From the sequence record SRR2962707_2035: DNA of 50,966 nt. One strand, 5' to 3'. Within the stretch, counting starts at the first letter, position 1, and every line of letters begins with the position of its first letter. Of the stretch, positions 19,565-29,064 are shown piece by piece. The translations under genes and the position numbers were made by a program. The notes below the pieces were generated by a model. The model was not told where the DNA came from, searched no databases, and saw nothing but the letters and a program-made list of their open reading frames with translations.

Positions 19565-20542
19565 TTAGAAGCGCCCGCCGGCAAAAAACCGGATAGGGTT
19601 TTCGTCGAAAACTGGCATAATCTGCGCATCAGTCAGCCCCTCGTCGCGCAACATTGGCACGAAGGTATCGAACAAATAGCGCTGGTCCGGGGGCCAAATC
19701 CCCTCGTCAACGAGCCGCTTGAGCTCCACCGGATCTTCGGTCGGCGGCTTGCGGATGGATTTGCCCTGAATGTGACAGCAACTGTCCATGCTCATCATGA
19801 GCTGCTTTTCAAAGCCAGATGCGATCAGTTTGGCCGCGTTGACCGCTATTACTTCGGAGGGCGGGTTGTCGAACCCTATGCGGTCGAACCCAATGTATGT
19901 ACCTCCGCGTGCCACTTCGTGATGGTAGTGAGAGTCTGGGTTATCGCAGCAATGACCGATTAGACAGCGATGTGGCTCGACACCATTCTTCGCAAAGATT
20001 GCCTGCTGTTCCGGCCCTCCAAGCCCGCCGGTGGTGTGGGTAAGGATCGGGACGCCCGTCTCCCGATGCGCCATAGACGCTGCGGTTAGGAACCGCTCTT
20101 CGAGTTCGGTTGGCACCTTGGAGGTGGCACATTTGATGAGCCCGGGCTTTACACCGGTCTTGCCGATGCCATGGGTGATTTCTGAAATATAGAAATCGGC
20201 AATCTCTTGCATCGACTGGCCCTGCCAGTAGTACGGAATGCCGGGCCCCTCATGATAGAATCCTGTTGCACAGACAATATGGACACCCGTTTTGCGCGAA
20301 ACGTCAGCCATCAATTCGACATCACGTCCCATTTCGATGGGACAGGGGTCAACGAACGTACGGACGCCGATATCCTTGAGCCGGCCCAAACGGGAGACAC
20401 ATTTGGCGGTCAATTCTTCCTTCGAAATGTAACGCAGCGGATCGAACGCGGCGCCGGGGAAAGACGCAAAGAGGTGTTCATGAATAAGAGTGCGGCCCAG
20501 ATCGGCCGAATCCACGGCGCCTAGAACAGTGTTCACAATCAT
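19565..20542 (-). CDS. Phosphotriesterase-family (PTE/PHP/lactonase) amidohydrolase
   Basis: TLIHEH metal ligands, MGRD, ATGFY, IKCA (carboxylated Lys position), THT, IGH, FDR and NPIRFF; AGGAGG RBS. Confidence 0.9.
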   Translation of the reverse strand: MIVNTVLGAVDSADLGRTLIHEHLFASFPGAAFDPLRYISKEELTAKCVSRLGRLKDIGVRTFVDPCPIEMGRDVELMADVSRKTGVHIVCATGFYHEGPGIPYYWQGQSMQEIADFYISEITHGIGKTGVKPGLIKCATSKVPTELEERFLTAASMAHRETGVPILTHTTGGLGGPEQQAIFAKNGVEPHRCLIGHCCDNPDSHYHHEVARGGTYIGFDRIGFDNPPSEVIAVNAAKLIASGFEKQLMMSMDSCCHIQGKSIRKPPTEDPVELKRLVDEGIWPPDQRYLFDTFVPMLRDEGLTDAQIMPVFDENPIRFFAGGRF

Positions 20543-20589
20543 CGTCTTCCTCCTTTCGCGCACCCTGACAGGCTGCCTCGATTGGTCAA

Positions 20590-20626
20590 AATACCTTAAG
20601 CATTTAGGCGCAAACGGTTTTCGTAT
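20590..20626 (-). promoter_or_regulatory. Bipartite LysR-type site upstream of the PTE-ABC operon
   Basis: AATAC at 20590 and AAAC-ggttttc-GTAT at 20612-20626. Confidence 0.65.
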
Positions 20627-20803
20627 GTATCGCTGTGACAGAAGAGATGCTGCGTGGTGCGATGGTTTGGCATAGCCGCCACACCTTCCACCTAGCTCGA
20701 ATGCTTGATGGTCGCCGTTACCACCCTAGACGCTGTCGCAGGACCGACCCTCGCGACAACATCTGGAGTCCGCTCCCCGCAGAACGGATGCATCGGAATT
20801 TGT

Positions 20804-21814
20804 TTAGCTCCCGACGGGATCGAGAATCAGCGATCCCGTGAACCCGCCGACCTCTACGGCTGCATGCGCCTTTGCGGCGTCGCGCAATGCATATGTGCGG
20901 TGGATATTGATCTCAATCGCGCCCTCTGCGACGAGGCTGAACACCTTCGAGGCCACTCGGCGGAACGATGTGGTGTCATGGATGTGGCCAGTCACGCCCA
21001 CTCGGCAGATCGATAGGGACTTGCTGGCGAGCGTCATCACATCAAAAGGGGGAACATTCCCCGAGGCGTTGCCATAGTTCACAGCTATGCCGAATTGCTG
21101 CAAACAGCGGAGTGAGGGTAGGAACGTATCTTTGCCTACCCCGTCGAACACGGCTGCTATGCCCTTTGGAGCGATACGCAAGACTTCTTCAACAAAATCG
21201 GTTTCGCGGTAAAGAATGACGTGATCGCAACCGAGCCGTTGCGCCACCTCCGCCTTTTGGACTGAGCCGACGGTACCAATCACTGTGGCGCCCAGGTGCT
21301 TCGACCACTGGCACAGGATTGATCCGACCCCGGCTGCTGCAGTATGAATCAGAACAGTGTTTCCCGCAGCAGGAGTGAAAACACCCTCGATTATCAGGGA
21401 AGCAGTGCAACCCTTAAGAAGGATCGCTGCCGCTTGGCGATCGGTAACGCCTTCCGGGATGGCAACCAGCCGTGACACTGGAACGTTGCGAAATTCGCTG
21501 TAGGCACCCGTGTCCATATAGAACTGCCTGAGCATCCCGGCATACGCCACACGATCGCCGACTTGAAAGTCAGTTACGCCCTCACCAACGCTCTCGACCA
21601 CGCCCGCTGCCTCATTCCCGAGCCCAAGGGGAAATGACGGATTGTGATTGGGGTAGAAACCGCCGCGACGTACGTTCACGTCCGAAAAATTGACACCAAT
21701 CGCAGTGTGGCGAAGTCTCACCTCTCCCACAGCAGGATTATCAATCGGCGTATCTTCCCACTCCATTTCTTCGGCGCCGCCGTGGCGATGAATCCGGACT
21801 GCCTTATTCAACAT
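20804..21814 (-). CDS. Quinone oxidoreductase (zeta-crystallin/Qor family)
   Basis: AIGVNFSD, GNEAAG, HTAAAGVG, FDGVGKDTF and YGNASG motifs. Confidence 0.9.
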   Translation of the reverse strand: MLNKAVRIHRHGGAEEMEWEDTPIDNPAVGEVRLRHTAIGVNFSDVNVRRGGFYPNHNPSFPLGLGNEAAGVVESVGEGVTDFQVGDRVAYAGMLRQFYMDTGAYSEFRNVPVSRLVAIPEGVTDRQAAAILLKGCTASLIIEGVFTPAAGNTVLIHTAAAGVGSILCQWSKHLGATVIGTVGSVQKAEVAQRLGCDHVILYRETDFVEEVLRIAPKGIAAVFDGVGKDTFLPSLRCLQQFGIAVNYGNASGNVPPFDVMTLASKSLSICRVGVTGHIHDTTSFRRVASKVFSLVAEGAIEINIHRTYALRDAAKAHAAVEVGGFTGSLILDPVGS

Positions 21815-21895
21815 GGCCACTTCTGGCTCCGATAATTGATGTCCAATTTGGCTTCCTGCCCACAAGTATCAATTCAATACGGGCATGCTCGAAGA

Positions 21896-23284
21896 TCACT
21901 GAATGTGCGATTTTGCAGCATTGCGGCCAGCCAAACGGCCAAAGACAGCGGCCTTGCCCATTCCGGTCCCACTCATATAGCCCTTGCCATGGAAGCCGCC
22001 GATAACCTCCCCGGCTGCATACATGCCGGGCAAGACCAAGCCTTGGGCATCGACCAATCGCATGTCGCGGTCCACCTTGACGCCGGCATAGGTCGAAAAC
22101 AGCACCGCCGTCGACGGCATGATATAGAACGGCCCGGCATCGATCGGCACGATGGTGCCCACGTTCTTGCCCAAGGTCGTGCGACCGAATTGGGTGTCCC
22201 TGCCCGCGCGCGCATCGCGATTATAGGTTTCGACGGTTTCAGCCAACACTTGGGGGTCAAGCCCGACGGTTCCGGCAAGCTCTTCGATCGTATCGGCCTT
22301 GCGCAGATAGCCCTCAGCTAACGCCTTCTTGTAATTATGCGTGCGCGGTAATTCGACTGCCTGTTCGAAAATCTTGGTATCCAGAATCTGGAAGGCGGTC
22401 GCGTTGGGCTGGCTCAGGCAGATGTCGCCCAGTACCTTGTATGACTGGGCCTCGTTGGTGAACCGCTTGCCGGTTTCATTGACCAGAATGGCGCCGCGAT
22501 ACATGGCGTGCACGAGCGGAGGTGCACCCTCGATATCGTTTTTCTGCGGCTCCGGGTAATCGATCAGGGGCACCCCGAACGTGGCCGTTACGAACTCCAT
22601 GTCCGCGACCTCGCCACCGATGCCCAAAGCAATCTCGATCCCGTCACCGGTCGAACCCTTGCCACCGAGCCGCATCGCAGCGGCCTGAGAGGGCGCAAAG
22701 TCTTCAACAAGAGTCTTGCTGCGGGCAAAACCGCCCGTTGCTATCACGATACCCTTTGCCACGTCACACCAAACGGACCGCCCGTCCTTTGCAAACAGGA
22801 TACGCAAGCCGGACGCGGTCTCGACGCGTTTTGCTGCGATGTTGGCCTGGTAGTCGACACCGAGTTCGAGGGCACGGACATGAGCCAGATCGAGAATCTG
22901 GCGTGGCAAGGCCGGATGGCTGCGCGGCACCGACATGTTTGAACTCAACTGCACCTCGGAGAAGGAAACACCCAGGCCTATGAGCCAGTCGAAGGTTTCA
23001 AGCTGATGGTCGAGATACGCCTCGATAAGTTCCGGATCGTTCTTGTGTCCACCAACATCCAACAAGTCGGCCCGGAACGTTGCAGTGCTGTCGTCGATTC
23101 CCTGCTGCCGCTGCAATTGGGTATCGGCGAAGGCAAAGGTTGCACCGCTATAGAGAGAGCTGCCGCCAAACTCCTCGCACTTTTCCGCCATCAAAACCGA
23201 AGCGCCGGCTTCCGCCGCCGCAATCGCCGCCGCGTGCCCGGCCATTCCAGCACCAATAATCACTACATCATACGAACTTTGCAT
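21896..23284 (-). CDS. FAD-dependent oxidoreductase (FAD_binding_2; flavocytochrome c/ketosteroid dehydrogenase-like)
   Basis: YDVVIIGAGMAG, GGSSLYSG, IATGGF, STGDG, GKRFTNE and YAAGEVIGGFHG motifs. Confidence 0.88.
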   Translation of the reverse strand: MQSSYDVVIIGAGMAGHAAAIAAAEAGASVLMAEKCEEFGGSSLYSGATFAFADTQLQRQQGIDDSTATFRADLLDVGGHKNDPELIEAYLDHQLETFDWLIGLGVSFSEVQLSSNMSVPRSHPALPRQILDLAHVRALELGVDYQANIAAKRVETASGLRILFAKDGRSVWCDVAKGIVIATGGFARSKTLVEDFAPSQAAAMRLGGKGSTGDGIEIALGIGGEVADMEFVTATFGVPLIDYPEPQKNDIEGAPPLVHAMYRGAILVNETGKRFTNEAQSYKVLGDICLSQPNATAFQILDTKIFEQAVELPRTHNYKKALAEGYLRKADTIEELAGTVGLDPQVLAETVETYNRDARAGRDTQFGRTTLGKNVGTIVPIDAGPFYIMPSTAVLFSTYAGVKVDRDMRLVDAQGLVLPGMYAAGEVIGGFHGKGYMSGTGMGKAAVFGRLAGRNAAKSHIQ

Positions 23285-23442
23285 TACGACCCTCTGCAGC
23301 GGGCGCCTGATCATAAAGTTTGAAAATGGGCGGCTTCACCAACACTAATGACACGTTGGTTGCCGGCTCATTTTCCTGACCATTCGCCCGGCTCCTCCTT
23401 TTGCGTTAGGCGTACCGTGCAGCTTACCACCGCTCAATCTCC

Positions 23443-23479
23443 AAGATTATGAGCGATCCCAACGAGACGGAAATCGTAT
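23443..23479 (-). promoter_or_regulatory. Bipartite LysR-type site
   Basis: AAGAT at 23443 and AGAC-ggaaatc-GTAT at 23465-23479. Confidence 0.7.
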
Positions 23480-23733
23480 GTAAGGCTTAAACGGCGACCA
23501 CCGCGGCCGAATTCAAACGCGTCAAAGAACACTCCGCATGCTGGGCAGCAAGACGCAACGCATTGTCAGGATTCCTCAAAATACCCTAGGAACTGTCTTC
23601 AACCCCGAAACCATTACCAGTGTCGCGACCATGCTTACCTAGCGCGGAGCCTGATAAATGGTACGGATTCCCTTTAGTCCGAACCGTCAGATCGAAATAA
23701 CCAGGCCGGAGAAGCAATGTGCATGTCATCGCC

Positions 23734-24720
23734 TTATCTTAATGCATCTGGGTTGATGACATCTGTTGGCATACCGGCAAGAAACGCTAAAACATTTTTC
23801 ACTGCAGGGGTGAGAAGCGCAGCGTAACCTTCTTTGGTAAAGCCACCCATATGCGGTTGAAGAAGGACATTCATTTCGTTGCGGAGCCAGTGGTTTTCTG
23901 CGAGTGGTTCATCCCAATAGACATCAAGACCTGCTCCGGCGATCACACCTTTGGCCAGGGCATCCCGCAACGCTGCCTCGTTAACCAGAGCTGCACGAGA
24001 CGTATTAACAAGCAGCGCGTGCTGTTTCATGCCCGCCAGTTCCGCTTCTCCGATGAGATTTTCGCTATGCGGTGTCAGATTGGCGTGAATGGAAACAATG
24101 TCGGACTGAGCGAGCAATTCACGCAATTCAACGCGTGCAGCCCCGGCGGCCCGGGCCTGTTCCTGGGTCAGCGAGGGGCTCCACGCAACAACATTCATTT
24201 CAAACGCCCGCGCGACACGGGCGACACGCTGGCCAATACTGCCCAGACCAATAATGCCAAGCGTCTTTTCAGCCAGATCCCGACCGGCACGGGTCTGCCA
24301 CCCCCCCGAGCGCACCACGTGGTCGTTAATTACAACATCCTTGGCCAATCCAAGGATCAGGTTCCAAGTGGTCTCGACCGTTCCTGTATGGGCGAACCGG
24401 AGCCGCCCCCCGCGGGCAGGAAGTGAGACCGCAATACCGTGCGCAGTGGCCGCGGCAACGTCTATGTGGGGCGCTACTCGCGGACCGCAGACCGATATCA
24501 GCCGGACATTGGGCATATTGGCTATCGTGACAGCGTCGAAAATCACGCGATCGCGTACAGCAACGACGATATCCACCTCCCGCAGACGCCGGAAAAGTTC
24601 TGCTGATGACGCGGCGCGAGTTGTATGGATTTTCACCCGCGCCTGGCGCTCCATCTCTTTTACGCAGTCAAGACCGCGGGCGAAATCCAAATAGTCGTCC
24701 ATTATCGCAATGTTCGGCAT
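23734..24720 (-). CDS. D-2-hydroxyacid dehydrogenase family protein
   Basis: GLGSIG, NTSRAALV, DVYWDEP and QPHMG catalytic motifs. Confidence 0.9.
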   Translation of the reverse strand: MPNIAIMDDYLDFARGLDCVKEMERQARVKIHTTRAASSAELFRRLREVDIVVAVRDRVIFDAVTIANMPNVRLISVCGPRVAPHIDVAAATAHGIAVSLPARGGRLRFAHTGTVETTWNLILGLAKDVVINDHVVRSGGWQTRAGRDLAEKTLGIIGLGSIGQRVARVARAFEMNVVAWSPSLTQEQARAAGAARVELRELLAQSDIVSIHANLTPHSENLIGEAELAGMKQHALLVNTSRAALVNEAALRDALAKGVIAGAGLDVYWDEPLAENHWLRNEMNVLLQPHMGGFTKEGYAALLTPAVKNVLAFLAGMPTDVINPDALR

Positions 24721-24823
24721 TAGCTACCACTCTCGCCTACTCGACCGATGGACGGGCGACAGATGCGGCATTCGGCAGTGACCCGACTGCCGGCAGGCGT
24801 GCGCTTGAAGCGCCCTCAGCGGA

Positions 24824-25579
24824 TCAGGTCATGTAAGACCCACCGTTCACATCGAGAACCGTGCCCGTTATGAAGGACGCTTCGTCGGAAACAAGGAATG
24901 TAACCGCTGAGGCAATTTCTTCAGCCCGACCATAGCGGCCCAGCGGTACGATTTTGGTCATCGATTCCCTTATCGAGGCGTCTCCGGTTGTAATCGCTGT
25001 GGTTACCGGCCCCGGCGCTACGCAATTGGCGGTAATCCCCTCGGAGGCAACCTCCAATGCGGTGACGCGCGTTAGGGCGATCAGACCGGCCTTGGATGCT
25101 GAGTAATCTGCAGCTGCAATCGGCGACAAAGTACGTCCCGCGCGTGAAGTAATGTTGACAATCCGGCCATAGCCTCGACCACTCATCCAGGGCAGGCACT
25201 CCCGAATGAGCAAGAATGGTGCCGTGAGATTGACGGCCATAACCAAATTCCACTGCTCGGTGGCCATTTCTTTGAGCAAAGGTTTTCCTCCATCCTTTTT
25301 AGGATGAATTCCGGCTGAGTTCACGAGCACATCGATATGCCCATGCCTTTCGCCCACTTGTGCAATGAGAGACTTGATGTTGCTTTCAGATGAGAGGTCT
25401 AATTGATGGAAATCGAACCTGCTCCCATCAAGGCTGTCCAGCATATCCTCAGGTAGCGGATTTCGATCAACAAGAACTAGGTGGCAACCTTTTTCATAAA
25501 GCTGCTCAGCGATGGAACGGCCTATGCCGCTTGATCCTCCTGTGACGATGGCAATTTTCCCCGATTTCCGCTCTGACAT
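24824..25579 (-). CDS. SDR-family oxidoreductase
   Basis: TGGSSGIG, NSAG and YSASK motifs; similar to the SDR at 14184-14945 (PKxDG, SRAGRT). Confidence 0.9.
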   Translation of the reverse strand: MSERKSGKIAIVTGGSSGIGRSIAEQLYEKGCHLVLVDRNPLPEDMLDSLDGSRFDFHQLDLSSESNIKSLIAQVGERHGHIDVLVNSAGIHPKKDGGKPLLKEMATEQWNLVMAVNLTAPFLLIRECLPWMSGRGYGRIVNITSRAGRTLSPIAAADYSASKAGLIALTRVTALEVASEGITANCVAPGPVTTAITTGDASIRESMTKIVPLGRYGRAEEIASAVTFLVSDEASFITGTVLDVNGGSYMT

Positions 25580-25688
25580 ATTCTTTCCCAACACTTTTCC
25601 GCCGACCGGCCGATCACACTTTCACCGAGGACCGCCTGCCACACTCCTAAATCGCAGTCACCCTACTGCCAGCATCGATTTATGTTTA

Positions 25689-25703
25689 ATATGAATATCG
25701 TAT
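25689..25703 (-). promoter_or_regulatory. Possible LysR box upstream of the SDR/D-2-hydroxyacid dehydrogenase genes
   Basis: ATAT-gaatatc-GTAT; the second half-site is not evident. Confidence 0.4.
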
Positions 25704-25725
25704 GCCACCGCATCCGATTAGTATT

Positions 25726-27159
25726 CTAAGTATACTTTAACAAAAACTCATATCCGATCAGTATAGATGAGAATACGACAATCACGACGAACGCCGTTGC
25801 GCCGTTCCATCGAAGGCCGACTTCCAGGACCGGACGTCCGGCCAGCCGGGCCGCTATGATGATCGTGGCCGTCATGGGGGAGAGCAGCATCGCTGTTGCC
25901 CATCCAAGCAGGATGGATAAAACCAGCATAGAGCTCGGAAGGAGTGCGACCTCCATAGTGCTCATTGATGCCATGATAATAATGGCCGTAATCATTGGGT
26001 TGAGACCAATGATCGACAATATGACAATGGAAACACTGATTAGGCATGCCAGCACGCCCCCTGTAAGTCCGAAACAGGACGCGAGGTCAGCCAACAGTCC
26101 GCTGGGGACGAATTCCGCGAGCACTAGGCCGATATAGCTTGAGGCAAGCAATATGCCGATCTCATTGGCAATTTTATTCCATTCCACGAACCCCGCCTTG
26201 AGAACCGTGCGAGATGTATCGGGGCGCATACCTCTCATCAGGCAGGAGACGACATGCCAAATGATGGCATAGCTCGGAATTACGAGCAGAATGGAGGCGC
26301 GCAACGAAACTCCGAAGCCATATTCAACTGATGTGGTGAGCAATATTATCGTGGCGAGGTGGAGCACCATCGCCAATAGTTGGTGCAGACCCGCGGACCT
26401 CGAGAATGATGCTGGGCGGGTCGAACGGGGAGACTCCAGACGGTCCATAACCCACCCAACGAGTAAGAACAGAGCGCTGGACAGCAGACCAATGGGAAGG
26501 AATTCGATCCAGCTGAAGTCGGGCAGCAAAGTTAGCCCTAGGGACATACCCACCCCAAACGGGGACCAAAAAAGCGTGGCGGCAAACCCCCTAACCACCG
26601 CGCTGGTCATGCGCCGCGCCTGGATCGCCCTAACGCGGTCATCGCGCTTGTCTTCCTCCCCGCGCCCGTGCAAGGCAATATCGAGCAGCATCAGCAAGCC
26701 GCCGACATTAAGCAAGACGCCAAAAACATTGGTTCCCATCGCCAACATGGCAAACCGTCTTCCGGGGGGCTGGTTCACGATGTATCGCCCAGCGGCCTCC
26801 AGAGCAGGAGACGCGGTGGCCGCAGCCCGGAGAAACGCCAAAACTGCCAGCAAGGATGGAAGGTACATTGCCGTACCGGACACTTCTTGTAGCGTCTCGA
26901 ACAGGGCTCTCTGGTTGACCAGGAATATTGTCAGCCCCGCCCCGATCAAGCCCAGGACCTTCGCAACAAGCGTTAATCGGAACCATGAAAAGAGAATATA
27001 GAGCACCGTTAGCGCGAACGCGACCACAGAAAAAGTCGGCACATCCGCAAGAAGGTCGACCAGTGTGAGACCGACCGCAACGGCCAGGAAAATTGATCCC
27101 GCGAGACCGAAATATCTCTGGGGTCCGGAACAACGCCCGATATTCAAACGACGTTTCAT
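25726..27159 (-). CDS. Polytopic membrane protein, putative secondary carboxylate transporter
   Basis: About 12-13 hydrophobic segments, with YIVNQPPGRRF and RGFAATLFWSP; family uncertain. Confidence 0.65.
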   Translation of the reverse strand: MKRRLNIGRCSGPQRYFGLAGSIFLAVAVGLTLVDLLADVPTFSVVAFALTVLYILFSWFRLTLVAKVLGLIGAGLTIFLVNQRALFETLQEVSGTAMYLPSLLAVLAFLRAAATASPALEAAGRYIVNQPPGRRFAMLAMGTNVFGVLLNVGGLLMLLDIALHGRGEEDKRDDRVRAIQARRMTSAVVRGFAATLFWSPFGVGMSLGLTLLPDFSWIEFLPIGLLSSALFLLVGWVMDRLESPRSTRPASFSRSAGLHQLLAMVLHLATIILLTTSVEYGFGVSLRASILLVIPSYAIIWHVVSCLMRGMRPDTSRTVLKAGFVEWNKIANEIGILLASSYIGLVLAEFVPSGLLADLASCFGLTGGVLACLISVSIVILSIIGLNPMITAIIIMASMSTMEVALLPSSMLVLSILLGWATAMLLSPMTATIIIAARLAGRPVLEVGLRWNGATAFVVIVVFSSILIGYEFLLKYT

Positions 27160-27378
27160 GAAATCGCCCGCCAATACGCCCTTACCCCGGTTATGGATAA
27201 CTCGGGGTGATCACGCCGAGCGCGTGTATCTTGATAAGCGGCTACCGAAAACAGGCTCCGAATTGCCATGAGGGGGGCAATACGGAGCGACAGAGGTCCA
27301 GACCGCGGCGGATCGCGCTCGTAGCCTGTAGGAGTGCTTGGGTGGGGGCCGCCGCTCGCAATCAGTGCGCGAACGTCG

Positions 27379-28788
27379 CTACGCTGCGTGTTGGTCTCCT
27401 AGCATGAATCCGGCGGCACGAAACCCGGTCACGGCAGCCTTTGACAGGCCGCCTACATACCCAAAATTGGGGCCGCCTTCGAGCCCTCCCGACGCGGACC
27501 CCGCAGCAAAAAGACCATTTATTGGTGCTCCGGACGGATCAAGCGCCCGGGACCATTCATCGATCGCAATGCCGCCCATCGTATAGGTCACGCCCGCACT
27601 GGCGGGTATGGCGTAATACGGCGCCTTGGAAATCGGTCGCGCTGGCATCGACTTTTCGCTCCGCGGCGGCGTCAAGCTGCCAAGGCTACCATTGGCGACT
27701 GCGTCATTGTGCGCCTCGATGGTCTGACTGAGCTGGATCGGGTCCACGCCGATCTTAAGTGCGAGGTCTTCAATCGTTTCAGCGACATGAACCTCGGCTC
27801 CTTCCTTTTCCAGGTTCGGATTGGGTGGCAGCGCGCGCGATTTCTTTGCTTCAGCCCAAGCCTCGGAATCGAAAATTACAGTCGTCGAGAGCGGATCATC
27901 GCGCAAGGCGATAACGTTGGCGGCATAAATTCCGCCCCTGCCTTCATCGAGAAAACGACGGCCCTTGTCGTCGACCAACATCCCGTCCATCATCAGTTCA
28001 TCGAGCCAGGGGTAGGGCCACAGCCTATTGTTTTCCCTCGCGGCGCGCGCGAGCACGTGGCCGTAAAATCCGCTAAGTTCTGAAATGGCGGCTCCGAACT
28101 CGAGCGCCATCCGGATCCCGTCACCCCTGCCCGTTCCCGCGTTGCGCTGAACAACTAAATCGGGAGCAACAATGCCGGCATCCTGAAGCCGAAAGTCGTC
28201 ACACTGAAACCCGCCATCGGCTATCAGTGTATTTTCGGCCATGACCTGCACCACACCCTCTTCAGTTTCGGCTTCAACGCCGATGCAAGCAGACTCGCTT
28301 TGCAAAAGCCGCTTGACCCGGTGCCCGCGCAGGACTTTGCCTCCTGCCTCATTCAGTTGTTGCTCCAGGCTGCGGAGCAACACATCGCCTGCCCGACCTT
28401 CGAATTGAAGGCCAACGCGGACAAGCGCAGGCGGCGCCAAGGCAACACTATGGTGAGGTGCCGGACTGGCGCGCATGAACCGTATGCCGCGGCCCTGCAG
28501 CCACTTCACCACCCTTTTTGCATCGCGCGCGACGGCGCCGGCGAGCGCAGTATGAGCTTGGCCATTCGTTGCGTCGACAATGGCCTGCTCAAGGTCTTGC
28601 TCGGGCGAGTTGATATCGCGAAGACAGACGTGGAAGACACCGCCTGTTACCCGAGAATTGCAAAGATACCTCTCGTCGCTGCCCGCCTCGAGCACGATGA
28701 CGGACTTACCGCCAACAGCGGCCCGCAGCGCACAGACCATACCGGCAATGCCGCCGCCGATAATGACCAGATCCGCTTCATATTTCAT
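27379..28788 (-). CDS. FAD-dependent oxidoreductase (TcuA/FAD_binding_2-like)
   Basis: VIIGGGIAG, CNSRVTGG, ADGGF, GDG, GRRFLDEG, GVTYTMGGI and GLFAAG motifs; AGGAGG RBS before ATG 28788. Confidence 0.87.
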   Translation of the reverse strand: MKYEADLVIIGGGIAGMVCALRAAVGGKSVIVLEAGSDERYLCNSRVTGGVFHVCLRDINSPEQDLEQAIVDATNGQAHTALAGAVARDAKRVVKWLQGRGIRFMRASPAPHHSVALAPPALVRVGLQFEGRAGDVLLRSLEQQLNEAGGKVLRGHRVKRLLQSESACIGVEAETEEGVVQVMAENTLIADGGFQCDDFRLQDAGIVAPDLVVQRNAGTGRGDGIRMALEFGAAISELSGFYGHVLARAARENNRLWPYPWLDELMMDGMLVDDKGRRFLDEGRGGIYAANVIALRDDPLSTTVIFDSEAWAEAKKSRALPPNPNLEKEGAEVHVAETIEDLALKIGVDPIQLSQTIEAHNDAVANGSLGSLTPPRSEKSMPARPISKAPYYAIPASAGVTYTMGGIAIDEWSRALDPSGAPINGLFAAGSASGGLEGGPNFGYVGGLSKAAVTGFRAAGFMLGDQHAA

Positions 28789-28798
28789 GGTAGACCTC

Positions 28799-29017
28799 CT
28801 ATTTCGGCAGCAGCATGTCCGCCAAAAGCACCACAAGTTCGACAATGAGCCGGGTTAAAAAGAAAACCACCGCCGCCATGAGAATGGCCGCCGCATAGAA
28901 ATCCGGAATACCCGAACGCAAGGCCACATAAACGAATACGAACAATATCAGAGCCGATGCGAGCGATGGAATATATCGTTTTAATTTCAAGAATGCTTCT
29001 ATTGTATTGTATTCCAT
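28799..29017 (-). CDS. Small two-TM membrane protein (72 aa)
   Basis: Two hydrophobic helices, ends LLADMLLPK, and fills the gap between co-oriented genes; its stop overlaps the RBS region of the next gene. Confidence 0.7.
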   Translation of the reverse strand: MEYNTIEAFLKLKRYIPSLASALILFVFVYVALRSGIPDFYAAAILMAAVVFFLTRLIVELVVLLADMLLPK

Positions 29018-29064
29018 CCTATTCCCTTAAATTCGCGACCTACAATTTTCACCAAGTTTACGTT

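Noticed and set aside
28970-29007. Additional LysR box (ATGC-N7-GTAT)
   Set aside because: Weak match that lies inside the 72-aa membrane ORF within an operon.
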